From: Eledone cirrhosa
Taxonomy: Eukaryota
Reading direction: 5' to 3'
Assembly (NCBI GenBank): GCA_964016885.1
Contig: OZ024754.1
Location: forward strand, 25,668,001 to 25,732,000
Length of the DNA stretch: 64,000 nucleotides
The notes beneath the pieces are model-generated. The model saw only the letters and a program-made list of their open reading frames with translations, was not told where the DNA came from and made no database searches. The translations under genes were made by a program, and so were the position numbers. The first letter of the stretch is position 1, and each line of letters starts with the position of its first letter. Of this stretch, positions 38,901 through 50,900 are shown in pieces.

Positions 38901-41900
38901 TTTCTTCTCAGACAACCTTCTGCTGTCCAGCTCTCCTGAGAGTTTCTTCTCAGACAACCTGCTGCTGTCCAGCTCTCTTGAGAGTTTCTTCTCGGACAAC
39001 CTTCTGCTCTCCACCTCTCCTGAGAGTTTCCTCTCAGACAAGCTGTTGCTGTCCAGCACTCCCTGAGAGATTCTTCTCAGACGACCTTCTGCTGTCCACC
39101 TGTCCTGAGAGTTTCTTCTCAGACAACCTTCTGCTGTCCAGCTCTCCTGAGAGTTTCTTCTCAGACAACCTGTTGCTGTCCAGCTCTCCTGAGAGTTTCT
39201 TCTCAGACAACGTGCTGCTGTCCACCTCTCCTGAGAATTTCTTCTCAGACAACCTGTTGCTGTCCACCTCTCCTGAGAGTTTCTTCACAGACAAGCTGTT
39301 GCAGTCCAGCTCTCCCTGAGAGATTCTTCTCAGACGACCTTCTGCTGTTCACCTGTCCTGAGAGCTTCTTCTCAGACAACCAGCCGCTGTCCACCTCTCC
39401 TGAGAGTTTCTTCTCAGACAACCTGCCGCTGTCCACCTCTCCTGAGAGTTTCTTCTCAGACAACCTGCTGCTCTCCACCTCTCCTGAGAGTTTCTTCTCA
39501 GACAACCTTCTGCTGTCCACCTCTCCTGAGAGTTTCTTCTCAGACAACCTTCTGCTGTCCAGCTCTCCTGAGTGTTTCTTCTCAGACAACCTGCTGCTGT
39601 CCAGCTCTCTTGAGAGTTTCTTCTCGGACAACCTTCTGCTCTCCACCTCTCCTGAGAGTTTCCTCTCAGACAAGCTGTTGCTGTCCAGCACTCCCTGAGA
39701 GATTCTTCTCAGACGACCTTCTGCTGTCCACCTGTCCTGAGAGTTTCTTCTCAGACAACCTGCCGCTGTCCACCTCTCCTGAGAGTTTCTTCTCAGACAA
39801 CCTTCTGCTGTCCAGCTCTCCTGAGAGTTTCTTCTCAGACAACCTGTTGCTGTCCAGCTCTCCTGAGAGTTTCTTCTCAGACAACCTGCTGCTGTCCACC
39901 TCTCCTGAGAATTTCTTCTCAGACAACCTGTTGCTGTCCACCTCTCCTGAGAGTTTCTTCACAGACAAGCTGTTGCAGTCCAGCTCTCCCTGAGAGATTC
40001 TTCTCAGACGACCTTCTGCTGTTCACCTGTCCTGAGAGTTTCTTCTCAGACAACCTGCCGCTGTCCACCTCTCCTGAGAGTTTCTTCTCAGACAACCTGC
40101 TGCTGTCCACCTCTCCTGAGAGTTTCTTCTCAGACAACCTTCTGCTGTCCACCTCTCCTGAGAGTTTCTTCTCAGACAACCTTCTGCTGTCCAGCTCTCC
40201 TGAGAGTTTCTTCTCAGACAACCTGCTGCTGTCCAGCTCTCTTGAGAGTTTCTTCTCGGACAACCTTCTGCTCTCCACCTCTCCTGAGAGTTTCCTCTCA
40301 GACAAGCTGTTGCTGTCCAGCACTCCCTGAGAGATTCTTCTCAGACGACCTTCTGCTGTCCACCTGTCCTGAGAGTTTCTTCTCAGACAACCTGCCGCTG
40401 TCCACCTCTCCTGAGAGTTTCTTCTCAGACAACCTTCTGCTGTCCAGCTCTCCTGAGAGTTTCTTCTCAGACAACCTTCTGCTGTCCAGCTCTCCTGAGA
40501 GTTTCTTCTCAGACAACCTGCTGCTGTCCACCTCTCCTGAGAGTTTCTTCTCAGACAACCTTCTTCTGTCCACCTCTCCTGAGAGTTTCTTCTCAGACAA
40601 CCTGTTGCTGTCCAGCTCTCCCTGAGAGTTTCTTCTCAGACAACCTGCTGCTGTCCACCTCTCCTGAGAGTTTCTTCTCACACGACCTACTGCTGTTCAG
40701 CTCTCCCTGAGAGTTTCTTCTCAAACAACCTTCTGCTGTCAACCTCTCCTGAGAGTTTCTTCTCAGACAACCTTCTGCTGTCCAGCTCTCCTGAGAGTTT
40801 CTTCTCAGACAACCTGTTGCTGTCCAGCTCTCCTGAGAGTTTCTTCCCAGACAACCTTATGCTGTCCACCTCTCCTGAGAGTTTCTTCTCAGACGACCTT
40901 CTGCTGTCCACCTCTCCTGAGAGTTTCTTCTCAGACAATCTTCTGCTGTCCAGCTCTCCTGAGAGTTTCTTCTCAGACAAGCTTCTGCTGTCCACCTCCC
41001 CTGAGAGTTTCTTCTCAGACGACCTTCTGCTGTCGAGCTCTCCCTGAGAGTCTCTTCTAAGACAACCTGCTGCTGTCCACCTCTCCTGAGAGTTTCTTCT
41101 CAGACAACATTCTGCTATCCACCTCTCCGGAGAGTTTCTTCTCAGACAACCTTCTGCTGTCCAGCTCTCCTGAGAGTTTCTCCTCAGACAACCTTCTGCT
41201 GTCCACCTCTCCTGAGAGTTTCTTCTCAGACGACATTCTGCTGTCCAGCTCTCCTGAGAGTTTCTTCTCGGACAAACTGCTGCTGTCCACCTCTCCTGAG
41301 AGTTTCTTCTCAGACAACCTGCTGCTGTCCACCTCTCCTGAGAGTTTCTTCTCAGACGACCTTCTGCTGTCCAGCTCTCCTGAGAGTTTCTTCTCAGACA
41401 ACCTGCTGCTGTCCACCTCTCCTGAGAGTTTCTTCTCAGACAACCTTCTGCTGTCCAGCTCTCCCTGAGAGTTTCTTCTTAGACAACCTTCTGCTGTCCA
41501 GCTCTCACTGAGAGTTTCTTCTCAGACGACCTTCTGCTGTCCAGCTCTCCTGAGAGTTTCTTCTCAGACGACCTTCTGTGTCCGCCTCTCCTGAGAGTTT
41601 CTTCTCAGACAACCTGCTGCTGTCCAGCTCTCCCTGAGAGTTTCTTCTCAGACGACCTTCTGCTGTCCACCTCTCCTGAGAGTTTCTTCTCAGACAACCT
41701 TCTGCTGTCCACCTCTCCTGAGAGTTTCTTCTCAGACGACCTTCTGCTGTCCAGCTCTCCTGAGAGTTTCTTCTCAGACGACCTTCTGCTGTCCACCTCT
41801 CCTGAGAGTTTCTTCTCAGACAACCTTCTGCTGTCCACCTCTCTCTGAGAGATTCATCTCAGACAACCTGTGGCTGTCCAGCTCTCCCTGAGAGTTTCTT

Positions 41901-44900
41901 CTCAGACGACCTTCTGCTGTCCAGCTCTCCTGGCAGTTTCTTCTCAGACAATCTTCTGCTGTCCAGCTGTCCTAAAAGTTTCTTCTCAGACAACCTTCTG
42001 CTGTCCACCTCTCCTGAGAGTTTCTTCTCAGACAACCTTCTGCTGTCCAGATCTCCTGAGAGTTTCTTCTCAGACGACCTTCTGCTGTCCAGCTCTCCTG
42101 AGAGTTTCTTCTCAGACAACCTTCTGCTGTCCAGCTCTCCTGAGAGTTTCTTCTCAGACAACCTGCTGCTGTCCACCTCTCCTGAGAGTTTCTTCTCAGA
42201 CAACCTGCTGCTGTCCACCTCTCCTGAGAGTTTCTTCTCAGACGACCTTCTGCTGTCCAGCTCTCCTGAGAGTTTCTTCTCAGACAACCTTCTGCTGTCC
42301 AGCTCTCCTGAGAGTTTCTTCTCAGACAACCTTCTGCTGTCCAGCTCTCCTGAGAGTTTCTTCTCAGACAACCTGCTGCTGTCCACCTCTCCTGAGAATT
42401 TCTTCTCAGACAACCTGTTGCTGTCCACCTCTCCTGAGAGTTTCTTCTCAGACAAGCTGTTGCTGTCCAGCTCTCCCTGAGAGATTCTTCTCAGACGACC
42501 TTCTGCTGTTCACCTGTCCTGAGAGTTTCTTCTCAGACAACCTGCTGCTGTCCACCTCTCCTGAGAGTTTCTTCTCAGACGACATTCTGCTGTCCAGCTC
42601 TCCTGAGAGTTTCTTCTCAGACAACCTTCTGCTGTCCAGCTCTCCTGAGAGTTTCTTCTCAGACAACCTGCTGCTGTCCACCTCTCCTGAGAGTTTCTTC
42701 TCAGACAACCTGCTGCTGTCCACCTCTCCTGAAAGTTTCTTCTCAGACGACCTTATGCTGTCCAGCTCTCCTGAGAGTTTCTTCTCAGACAACCTTCTGC
42801 TGTCCAGCTCTCCTGAGAGTTTCTTCTCAGACAACCTGCTGCTGTCCAGCTCTCCTGAGAGTTTCTTTTCAGACAACCTGCTGCTGTCCACCTCTCCTGA
42901 GAATTTCTTCTCAGACAAACTGTTGCTGTCCACCTCTCCTGAGAGTTTCTTCACAGACAAGCTGTTGCTGTCCAGCTCTCCCTGAGAGATTCTTCTCAGA
43001 CGACCTTCTGCTGTTCACCTGTCCTGAGAGTTTCTTCTCAGACAACCTGCCGCTGTCCACCTCTCCTGAGAGTTTCTTCTCAGACAACCTGCTGCTGTCC
43101 ACCTCTCCTGAGAGTTTCTTCTCAGACAACCTTCTGCTGTCCACCTCTCCTGAGAGTTTCTTCTCAGACAACCTTCTGCTGTCCAGCTCTCCTGAGAGTT
43201 TCTTCTCAGACAACCTGCTGCTGTCCAGCTCTCTTGAGAGTTTCTTCTCGGACAACCTTCTGCTCTCCACCGCTCCTGAGAGTTTCCTCTCAGACAAGCT
43301 GTTGCTGTCCAGCACTCCCTGAGAGATTCTTCTCAGACGACCTTCTGCTGTCCACCTGTCCTGAGAGTTTCTTCTCAGACAACCTGCCGCTGTCCACCTC
43401 TCCTGAGAGTTTCTTCTCAGACAACCTTCTGCTGTCCAGCGCTCCTGAGAGTTTCTTCTCTGACAACCTTCTGCTGTCCAGCTCTCCTGCGAGTTTCTTC
43501 TCAGACAACCTGCTGCTGTCCACCTCTCCTGAGAGTTTCTTCTCAGACAACCTTCTTCTGTCCACCTCTCCTGAGAGTTTCTTCTCAGACAACCTGTTGC
43601 TGTCCAGCTCTCCCTGAGAGTTTCTTCTCAGACAACCTGCTGCTGTGCACCTCTCCTGAGAGTTTCTTGTCAGACAACCTGCAGCTGTCCAACTCTCCTG
43701 AGAGTTTCTTCTCAGGCAACCTGTTTCTGTCCACCTCTCCCTGAGAGTTTCTTCTCAGACAACCTGCTGCCTTCTATCTCTCCTGAGAGTTTCTTCTCAG
43801 ACAACCTGCTGCTGTCCACCTCTCCTGAGAGTTTCTTCTCACACGACCTACTGCTGTTCAGCTCTCCCTGAGAGTTTCTTCTCAAACAACCTTCTGCTGT
43901 CAACCTCTCCTGAGAGTTTCTTCTCAGACAACCTTCTGCTGTCCAGCTCTCCTGAGAGTTTCTTCTCAGACAACCTGTTGCTGTCCAGCTCTCCTGAGAG
44001 TTTCTTCCCAGACAACCTTATGCTGTCCACCTCTCCTGAGAGTTTCTTCTCAGACGACCTTCTGCTGTCCACCTCTCCTGAGAGTTTCTTCTCAGACAAC
44101 CTTCTGCTGTCCAGCTCTCCTGAGAGTTTCTTCTCAGACAAGCTTCTGCTGTCCACCTCCCCTGAGAGTTTCTTCTCAGACGACCTGCCGCTGTCCAGCT
44201 CTCCCTGAGAGTTTCTTCTCAGACAACATTCTGCTATCCACCTCTCCGGAGAGTTTCTTCTCAGACAACCTTCTGCTGTCCAGCTCTCCTGAGAGTTTCT
44301 CCTCAGACAACCTTCTGCTGTCCACCTCTCCTGAGAGTTTCTTCTCAGACGACATTCTGCTGTCCAGCTCTCCTGAGAGTTTCTTCTCGGACAAACTGCT
44401 GCTGTCCACCTCTCCTGAGAGTTTCTTCTCAGACAACCTGCTGCTGTCCACCTCTCCTGAGAGTTTCTTCTCAGACGACCTTCTGCTGTCCAGCTCTCCT
44501 GAGAGTTTCTTCTCAGACAACCTGCTGCTGTCCACCTCTCCTGAGAGTTTCTTCTCAGACAACCTTCTGCTGTCCAGCTCTCCCTGAGAGTTTCTTCTTA
44601 GACAACCTTCTGCTGTCCAGCTCTCACTGAGAGTTTCTTCTCAGACGACCTTCTGCTGTCCAGCTCTCCTGAGAGTTTCTTCTCAGACGACCTTCTGTGT
44701 CCGCCTCTCCTGAGAGTTTCTTCTCAGACAACCTGCTGCTGTCCAGCTCTCCCTGAGAGTTTCTTCTCAGACGACCTTCTGCTGTCCACCTCTCCTGAGA
44801 GTTTCTTCTCAGACAACCTTCTGCTGTCCACCTCTCCTGAGAGTTTCTTCTCAGACGACCTTCTGCTGTCCAGCTCTCCTGAGAGTTTCTTCTCAGACGA

Positions 44901-47900
44901 CCTTCTGCTGTCCACCTCTCCTGAGAGTTTCTTCTCAGACAACCTTCTGCTGTCCTCCTCTCTCTGAGAGATTCTTCTCAGACAACCTGTGGCTGTCCAG
45001 CTCTCCCTGAGAGTTTCTTCTCAGACGACCTTCTGCTGTCCAGCTCTCCTGGCAGTTTCTTCTCAGACAATCTTCTGCTGTCCAGCTGTCCTAAAAGTTT
45101 CTTCTCAGACAACCTTCTGCTGTCCACCTCTCCTGAGAGTTTCTTCTCAGACAACCTTCTGCTGTCCAGATCTCCTGAGAGTTTCTTCTCAGACGACCTT
45201 CTGCTGTCCAGCTCTCCTGAGAGTTTCTTCTCAGACAACCTTCTGCTGTCCAGCTCTCCTGAGAGTTTCTTCTCAGACAACCTGCTGCTGTCCACCTCTC
45301 CTGAGAGTTTCTTCTCAGACAACCTGCTGCTGTCCACCTCTCCTGAGAGTTTCTTCTCAGACGACCTTCTGTTGTCCAGCTCTCCTGAGAGTTTCTTCTC
45401 AGACAACCTTCTGCTGTCCAGCTCTCCTGAGAGTTTCTTCTCAGACAACCTTCTGCTGTCCAGCTCCCCTGAGAGTTTCTTCTCAGACAACCTGCTGCTG
45501 TCCACCTCTCCTGAGAATTTCTTCTCAGACAACCTGTTGCTGTCCACCTCTCCTGAGAGTTTCTTCTCAGACAAGCTGTTGCTGTCCAGCTCTCCCTGAG
45601 AGATTCTTCTCAGACGACCTTCTGCTGTTCACCTGTCCTGAGAGTTTCTTCTCAGACAACCTGCTGCTGTCCACCTCTCCTGAGAGTTTCTTCTCAGACG
45701 ACATTCTGCTGTCCAGCTCTCCTGAGAGTTTCTTCTCGGACAAACTGCTGCTGTCCACCTCTCCTGAGAGTTTCTTCTCAGACAACCTGCTGCTGTCCAC
45801 CTCTCCTGAGAGTTTCTTCTCAGACGACCTTCTGCTGTCCAGCTCTCCTGAGAGTTTCTTCTCAGACAACCTGCTGCTGTCCACCTCTCCTGAGAGTTTC
45901 TTCTCAGACAACCTTCTGCTGTCCAGCTCTCCCTGAGAGTTTCTTCTTAGATAACCTTCTGCTGTCCAGTTCTCACTGAGAGTTTCTTCTCAGGCGACCT
46001 TCTGCTGTCCAGCTCTCCTGAGAGTTTCTTCTCAGACGACCTTCTGTGTCCGCCTCTCCTGAGAGTTTCTTCTCAGACAACCTGCTGCTGTCCAGCTCTC
46101 CCTGAGAGTTTCTTCTCAGACGACCTTCTGCTGTCCACATTTCCTGAGAGTTTCTTCTCAGACAACCTTCTGCTGTCCACCTCTCCTGAGAGTTTCTTCT
46201 CAGACGACCTTCTGCTGTCCAGCTCTCCTGAGAGTTTCTTCTCAGACGACCTTCTGCTGTCCACCTCTCCTGAGAGTTTCTTCTCAGACAACCTTCTGCT
46301 GTCCACCTCTCTCTGAGAGATTCTTCTCAGACAACCTGTGGCTGTCCAGCTCTCCCTGAGAGTTTCTTCTCAGACGACCTTCTGCTGTCCAGCTCTCCTG
46401 GCAATTTCTTCTCAGACAATCTTCTGCTGTCCAGCTGTCCTAAAAGTTTCTTCTCAGACAACCTTCTGCTGTCCACCTCTCCTGAGAGTTTGTTCTCAGA
46501 CAACCTTCTGCTGTCCAGATCTCCTGAGAGTTTCTTCTCAGACGACCTTCTGCTGTCCAGCTCTCCTGAGAGTTTCTTCTCAGACAACCTTCTGCTGTCC
46601 AGCTCTCCTGAGAGTTTCTTCTCAGACAACCTGCTGCTGTCCACCTCTCCTGAGAGTTTCTTCTCAGACAACCTGCTGCTGTCCACCTCTCCTGAGAGTT
46701 TCTTCTCAGACGACCTTCTGCTGTCCAGCTCTCCTGAGAGTTTCTTCTCAGACAACCTTCTGCTGTCCAGCTCTCCTGAGAGTTTCTTCTCAGACAACCT
46801 TCTGCTGTCCAGCTCTCCTGAGAGTTTCTTCTCAGACAACCTGCTGCTGTCCACTTCTCCTGAGAATTTCTTCTCAGACAACCTGTTGCTGTCCACCTCT
46901 CCTGAGAGTTTCTTCTCAGACAAGCTGTTGCTGTCCAGCTCTCCCTGAGAGATTCTTCTCAGACGACCTTCTGCTGTTCACCTGTCCTGAGAGTTTCTTC
47001 TCAGACAACCTGCTGCTGTCCACCTCTCCTGAGAGTTTCTTCTCAGACAACCTTCTGCTGTCCACCTCTCCTGAGAGTTTCTTCTCAGACAACCTTCTGC
47101 TGTCCAGCTCTCCTGAGAGTTTCTTCTCAAACAACCTGCTGCTGTCCAGCTCTCTTGAGAGTTTCTTCTCAGACAACCTTCTGCTCTCCACCTCTCCTGA
47201 GAGTTTCTTCTCAGACAACCTTCTTCTGTCCACCTCTCCTGAGAGTTTCTTCTCAGACAACCTGTTGCTGTCCAGCTCTCCCTGAGAGTTTCTTCTCAGA
47301 CAACCTGCTGCTGTGCACCTCTCCTGAGAGTTTCTTGTCAGACAACCTGCTGCTGTCCACCTCTCCTGAGAGTTTCTTCTCAGACGACCTACTGCTGTTC
47401 AGCTCTCCCTGAGAGTTTCTTCTCAAACAACCTTCTGCTGTCAACCTCTCCTGAGAGTTTCTTCTCAGACAACCTTCTGCTGTCCAGCTCTCCTGAGAGT
47501 TTCTTCACAGACAACCTGTTGCTGTCCAGCTCTCCTGAGAGTTTCTTCTCAGACAACCTTCTGCTGTCCACCTCTCCTGATAGTTTCTTCTCAGACGGCC
47601 TTCTGCTGTCCACCTCTCCTGAGAGTTTCTTCTCAGACAACCTTCTGCTGTCCACCTCTCCTGAGAGTTTCTTCTCAGACAAGCTTCTGCTGTCCACCTC
47701 CCCTGAGAGTTTCTTCTCAGACGACCTTCTGCTGTCGAGCTCTCCCTGAGAGTCTCTTCTAAGACAACCTGCTGCTGTCCACCTCTCCTGAGAGTTTCTT
47801 CTCAGACAACATTCTGCTATCCACCTCTCCGGAGAGTTTCTTCTCAGACAACCTTCTGCTGTCCAGCTCTCCTGAGAGTTTCTCCTCAGACAACCTTCTG

Positions 47901-50900
47901 CTGTCCACCTCTCCTGAGAGTTTCTTCTCAGACGACATTCTGCTGTCCAGCTCTCCTGAGAGTTTCTTCTCGGACAAACTGCTGCTGTCCACCTCTCCTG
48001 AGAGTTTCTTCTCAGACAACCTGCTGCTGTCCACCTCTCCTGAGAGTTTCTTCTCAGACGACCTTCTGCTGTCCAGCTCTCCTGAGAGTTTCTTCTCAGA
48101 CAACCTGCTGCTGTCCACCTCTCCTGAGAGTTTCTTCTCAGACAACCTTCTGCTGTCCAGCTCTCCCTGAGAGTTTCTTCTTAGACAACCTTCTGCTGTC
48201 CAGCTCTCACTGAGAGTTTCTTCTCAGACGACCTTCTGCTGTCCAGCTCTCCTGAGAGTTTCTTCTCAGACGACCTTCTGTGTCCGCCTCTCCTGAGAGT
48301 TTCTTCTCAGACAACCTGCTGCTGTCCAGCTCTCCCTGAGAGTTTCTTCTCAGACGACCTTCTGCTGTCCACCTCTCCTGAGAGTTTCTTCTCAGACAAC
48401 CTTCTGCTGTCCACCTCTCCTGAGAGTTTCTTCTCAGACGACCTTCTGCTGTCCAGCTCTCCTGAGAGTTTCTTCTCAGACGACCTTCTGCTGTCCACCT
48501 CTCCTGAGAGTTTCTTCTCAGACAACCTTCTGCTGTCCACCTCTCTCTGAGAGATTCATCTCAGACAACCTGTGGCTGTCCAGCTCTCCCTGAGAGTTTC
48601 TTCTCAGACGACCTTCTGCTGTCCAGCTCTCCTGGCAGTTTCTTCTCAGACAATCTTCTGCTGTCCAGCTGTCCTAAAAGTTTCTTCTCAGACAACCTTC
48701 TGCTGTCCACCTCTCCTGAGAGTTTCTTCTCAGACAACCTTCTGCTGTCCAGATCTCCTGAGAGTTTCTTCTCAGACGACCTTCTGCTGTCCAGCTCTCC
48801 TGAGAGTTTCTTCTCAGACAACCTTCTGCTGTCCAGCTCTCCTGAGAGTTTCTTCTCAGACAACCTGCTGCTGTCCACCTCTCCTGAGAGTTTCTTCTCA
48901 GACAACCTGCTGCTGTCCACCTCTCCTGAGAGTTTCTTCTCAGACGACCTTCTGCTGTCCAGCTCTCCTGAGAGTTTCTTCTCAGACAACCTTCTGCTGT
49001 CCAGCTCTCCTGAGAGTTTCTTCTCAGACAACCTTCTGCTGTCCAGCTCTCCTGAGAGTTTCTTCTCAGACAACCTGCTGCTGTCCACCTCTCCTGAGAA
49101 TTTCTTCTCAGACAACCTGTTGCTGTCCACCTCTCCTGAGAGTTTCTTCTCAGACAAGCTGTTGCTGTCCACCTCTCCTGAGAGTTTCTTCTCAGACAAC
49201 CTTCTGCTGTCCAGCTCTCCTGAGAGTTTCTTCTCAGACAACCTGCTGCTGTCCAGCTCTCCTGAGAGTTTCTTCTCAGACGACCTTCTGCTGTTCACCT
49301 GTCCTGAGAGTTTCTTCTCAGACAACCTGCTGCTGTCCACCTCTCCTGAGAGTTTCTTCTCAGACGACATTCTGCTGTCCAGCTCTCCTGAGAGTTTCTT
49401 CTCAGACAACCTTCTGCTGTCCAGCTCTCCTGAGAGTTTCTTCTCAGACAACCTGCTGCTGTCCACCTCTCCTGAGAGTTTCTTCTCAGACAACCTTCTG
49501 CTGTCCAGCTCTCCTGAGAGTTTCTTCTCAGACAACCTGCTGCTGTCCAGCTCTCCTGAGAGTTTCTTCTCAGACGACCTTCTGCTGTTCACCTGTCCTG
49601 AGAGTTTCTTCTCAGACAACCTGCTGCTGTCCACCTCTCCTGAGAGTTTCTTCTCAGACGACATTCTGCTGTCCAGCTCTCCTGAGAGTTTCTTCTCAGA
49701 CAACCTTCTGCTGTCCAGCTCTCCTGAGAGTTTCTTCTCAGACAACCTGCTGCTGTCCACCTCTCCTGAGAGTTTCTTCTCAGACAACCTGCTGCTGTCC
49801 ACCTCTCCTGAAAGTTTCTTCTCAGACGACCTTATGCTGTCCAGCTCTCCTGAGAGTTTCTTCTCAGACAACCTTCTGCTGTCCAGCTCTCCTGAGAGTT
49901 TCTTCTCAGACAACCTGCTGCTGTCCACCTCTCCTGAGAGTTTCTTCTCAGACAACCTGCTGCTGTCCACCTCTCCTGAAAGTTTCTTCTCAGACGACCT
50001 TATGCTGTCCAGCTCTCCTGAGAGTTTCTTCTCAGACAACCTTCTGCTGTCCAGCTCTCCTGAGAGTTTCTTCTCAGACAACCTGCTGCTGTCCAGCTCT
50101 CCTGAGAGTTTCTTCTCAGACAACCTGCTGCTGTCCACCTCTCCTGAGAATTTCTTCTCAGACAACCTGTTGCTGTCCACCTCTCCTGAGAGTTTCTTCA
50201 CAGACAAGCTGTTGCTGTCCAGCTCTCCCTGAGAGATTCTTCTCAGACGACCTTCTGCTGTTCACCTGTCCTGAGAGTTTCTTCTCAGACAACCTGCCGC
50301 TGTCCACCTCTCCTGAGAGTTTCTTCTCAGACAACCTGTTGCTGTCCAGCTCTCCCTGAGAGTTTCTTCTCAGACAACCTGCTGCTGTGCACCTCTCCTG
50401 AGAGTTTCTTGTCAGACAACCTGCTGCTGTCCACCTCTCCTGAGAGTTTCTTCTCAGGCAACCTGTTTCTGTCCACCTCTCCCTGAGAGTTTCTTCTCAG
50501 ACAACCTGCTGCCTTCTATCTCTCCTGAGAGTTTCTTCTCAGACAACCTGCTGCTGTCCACCTCTCCTGAGAGTTTCTTCTCACACGACCTACTGCTGTT
50601 CAGCTCTCCCTGAGAGTTTCTTCTCAAACAACCTTCTGCTGTCAACCTCTCCTGAGAGTTTCTTCTCAGACAACCTTCTGCTGTCCAGCTCTCCTGAGAG
50701 TTTCTTCTCAGACAACCTGTTGCTGTCCAGCTCTCCTGAGAGTTTCTTCCCAGACAACCTTATGCTGTCCACCTCTCCTGAGAGTTTCTTCTCAGACGAC
50801 CTTCTGCTGTCCACCTCTCCTGAGAGTTTCTTCTCAGACAACCTTCTGCTGTCCAGCTCTCCTGAGAGTTTCTTCTCAGACAAGCTTCTGCTGTCCACCT

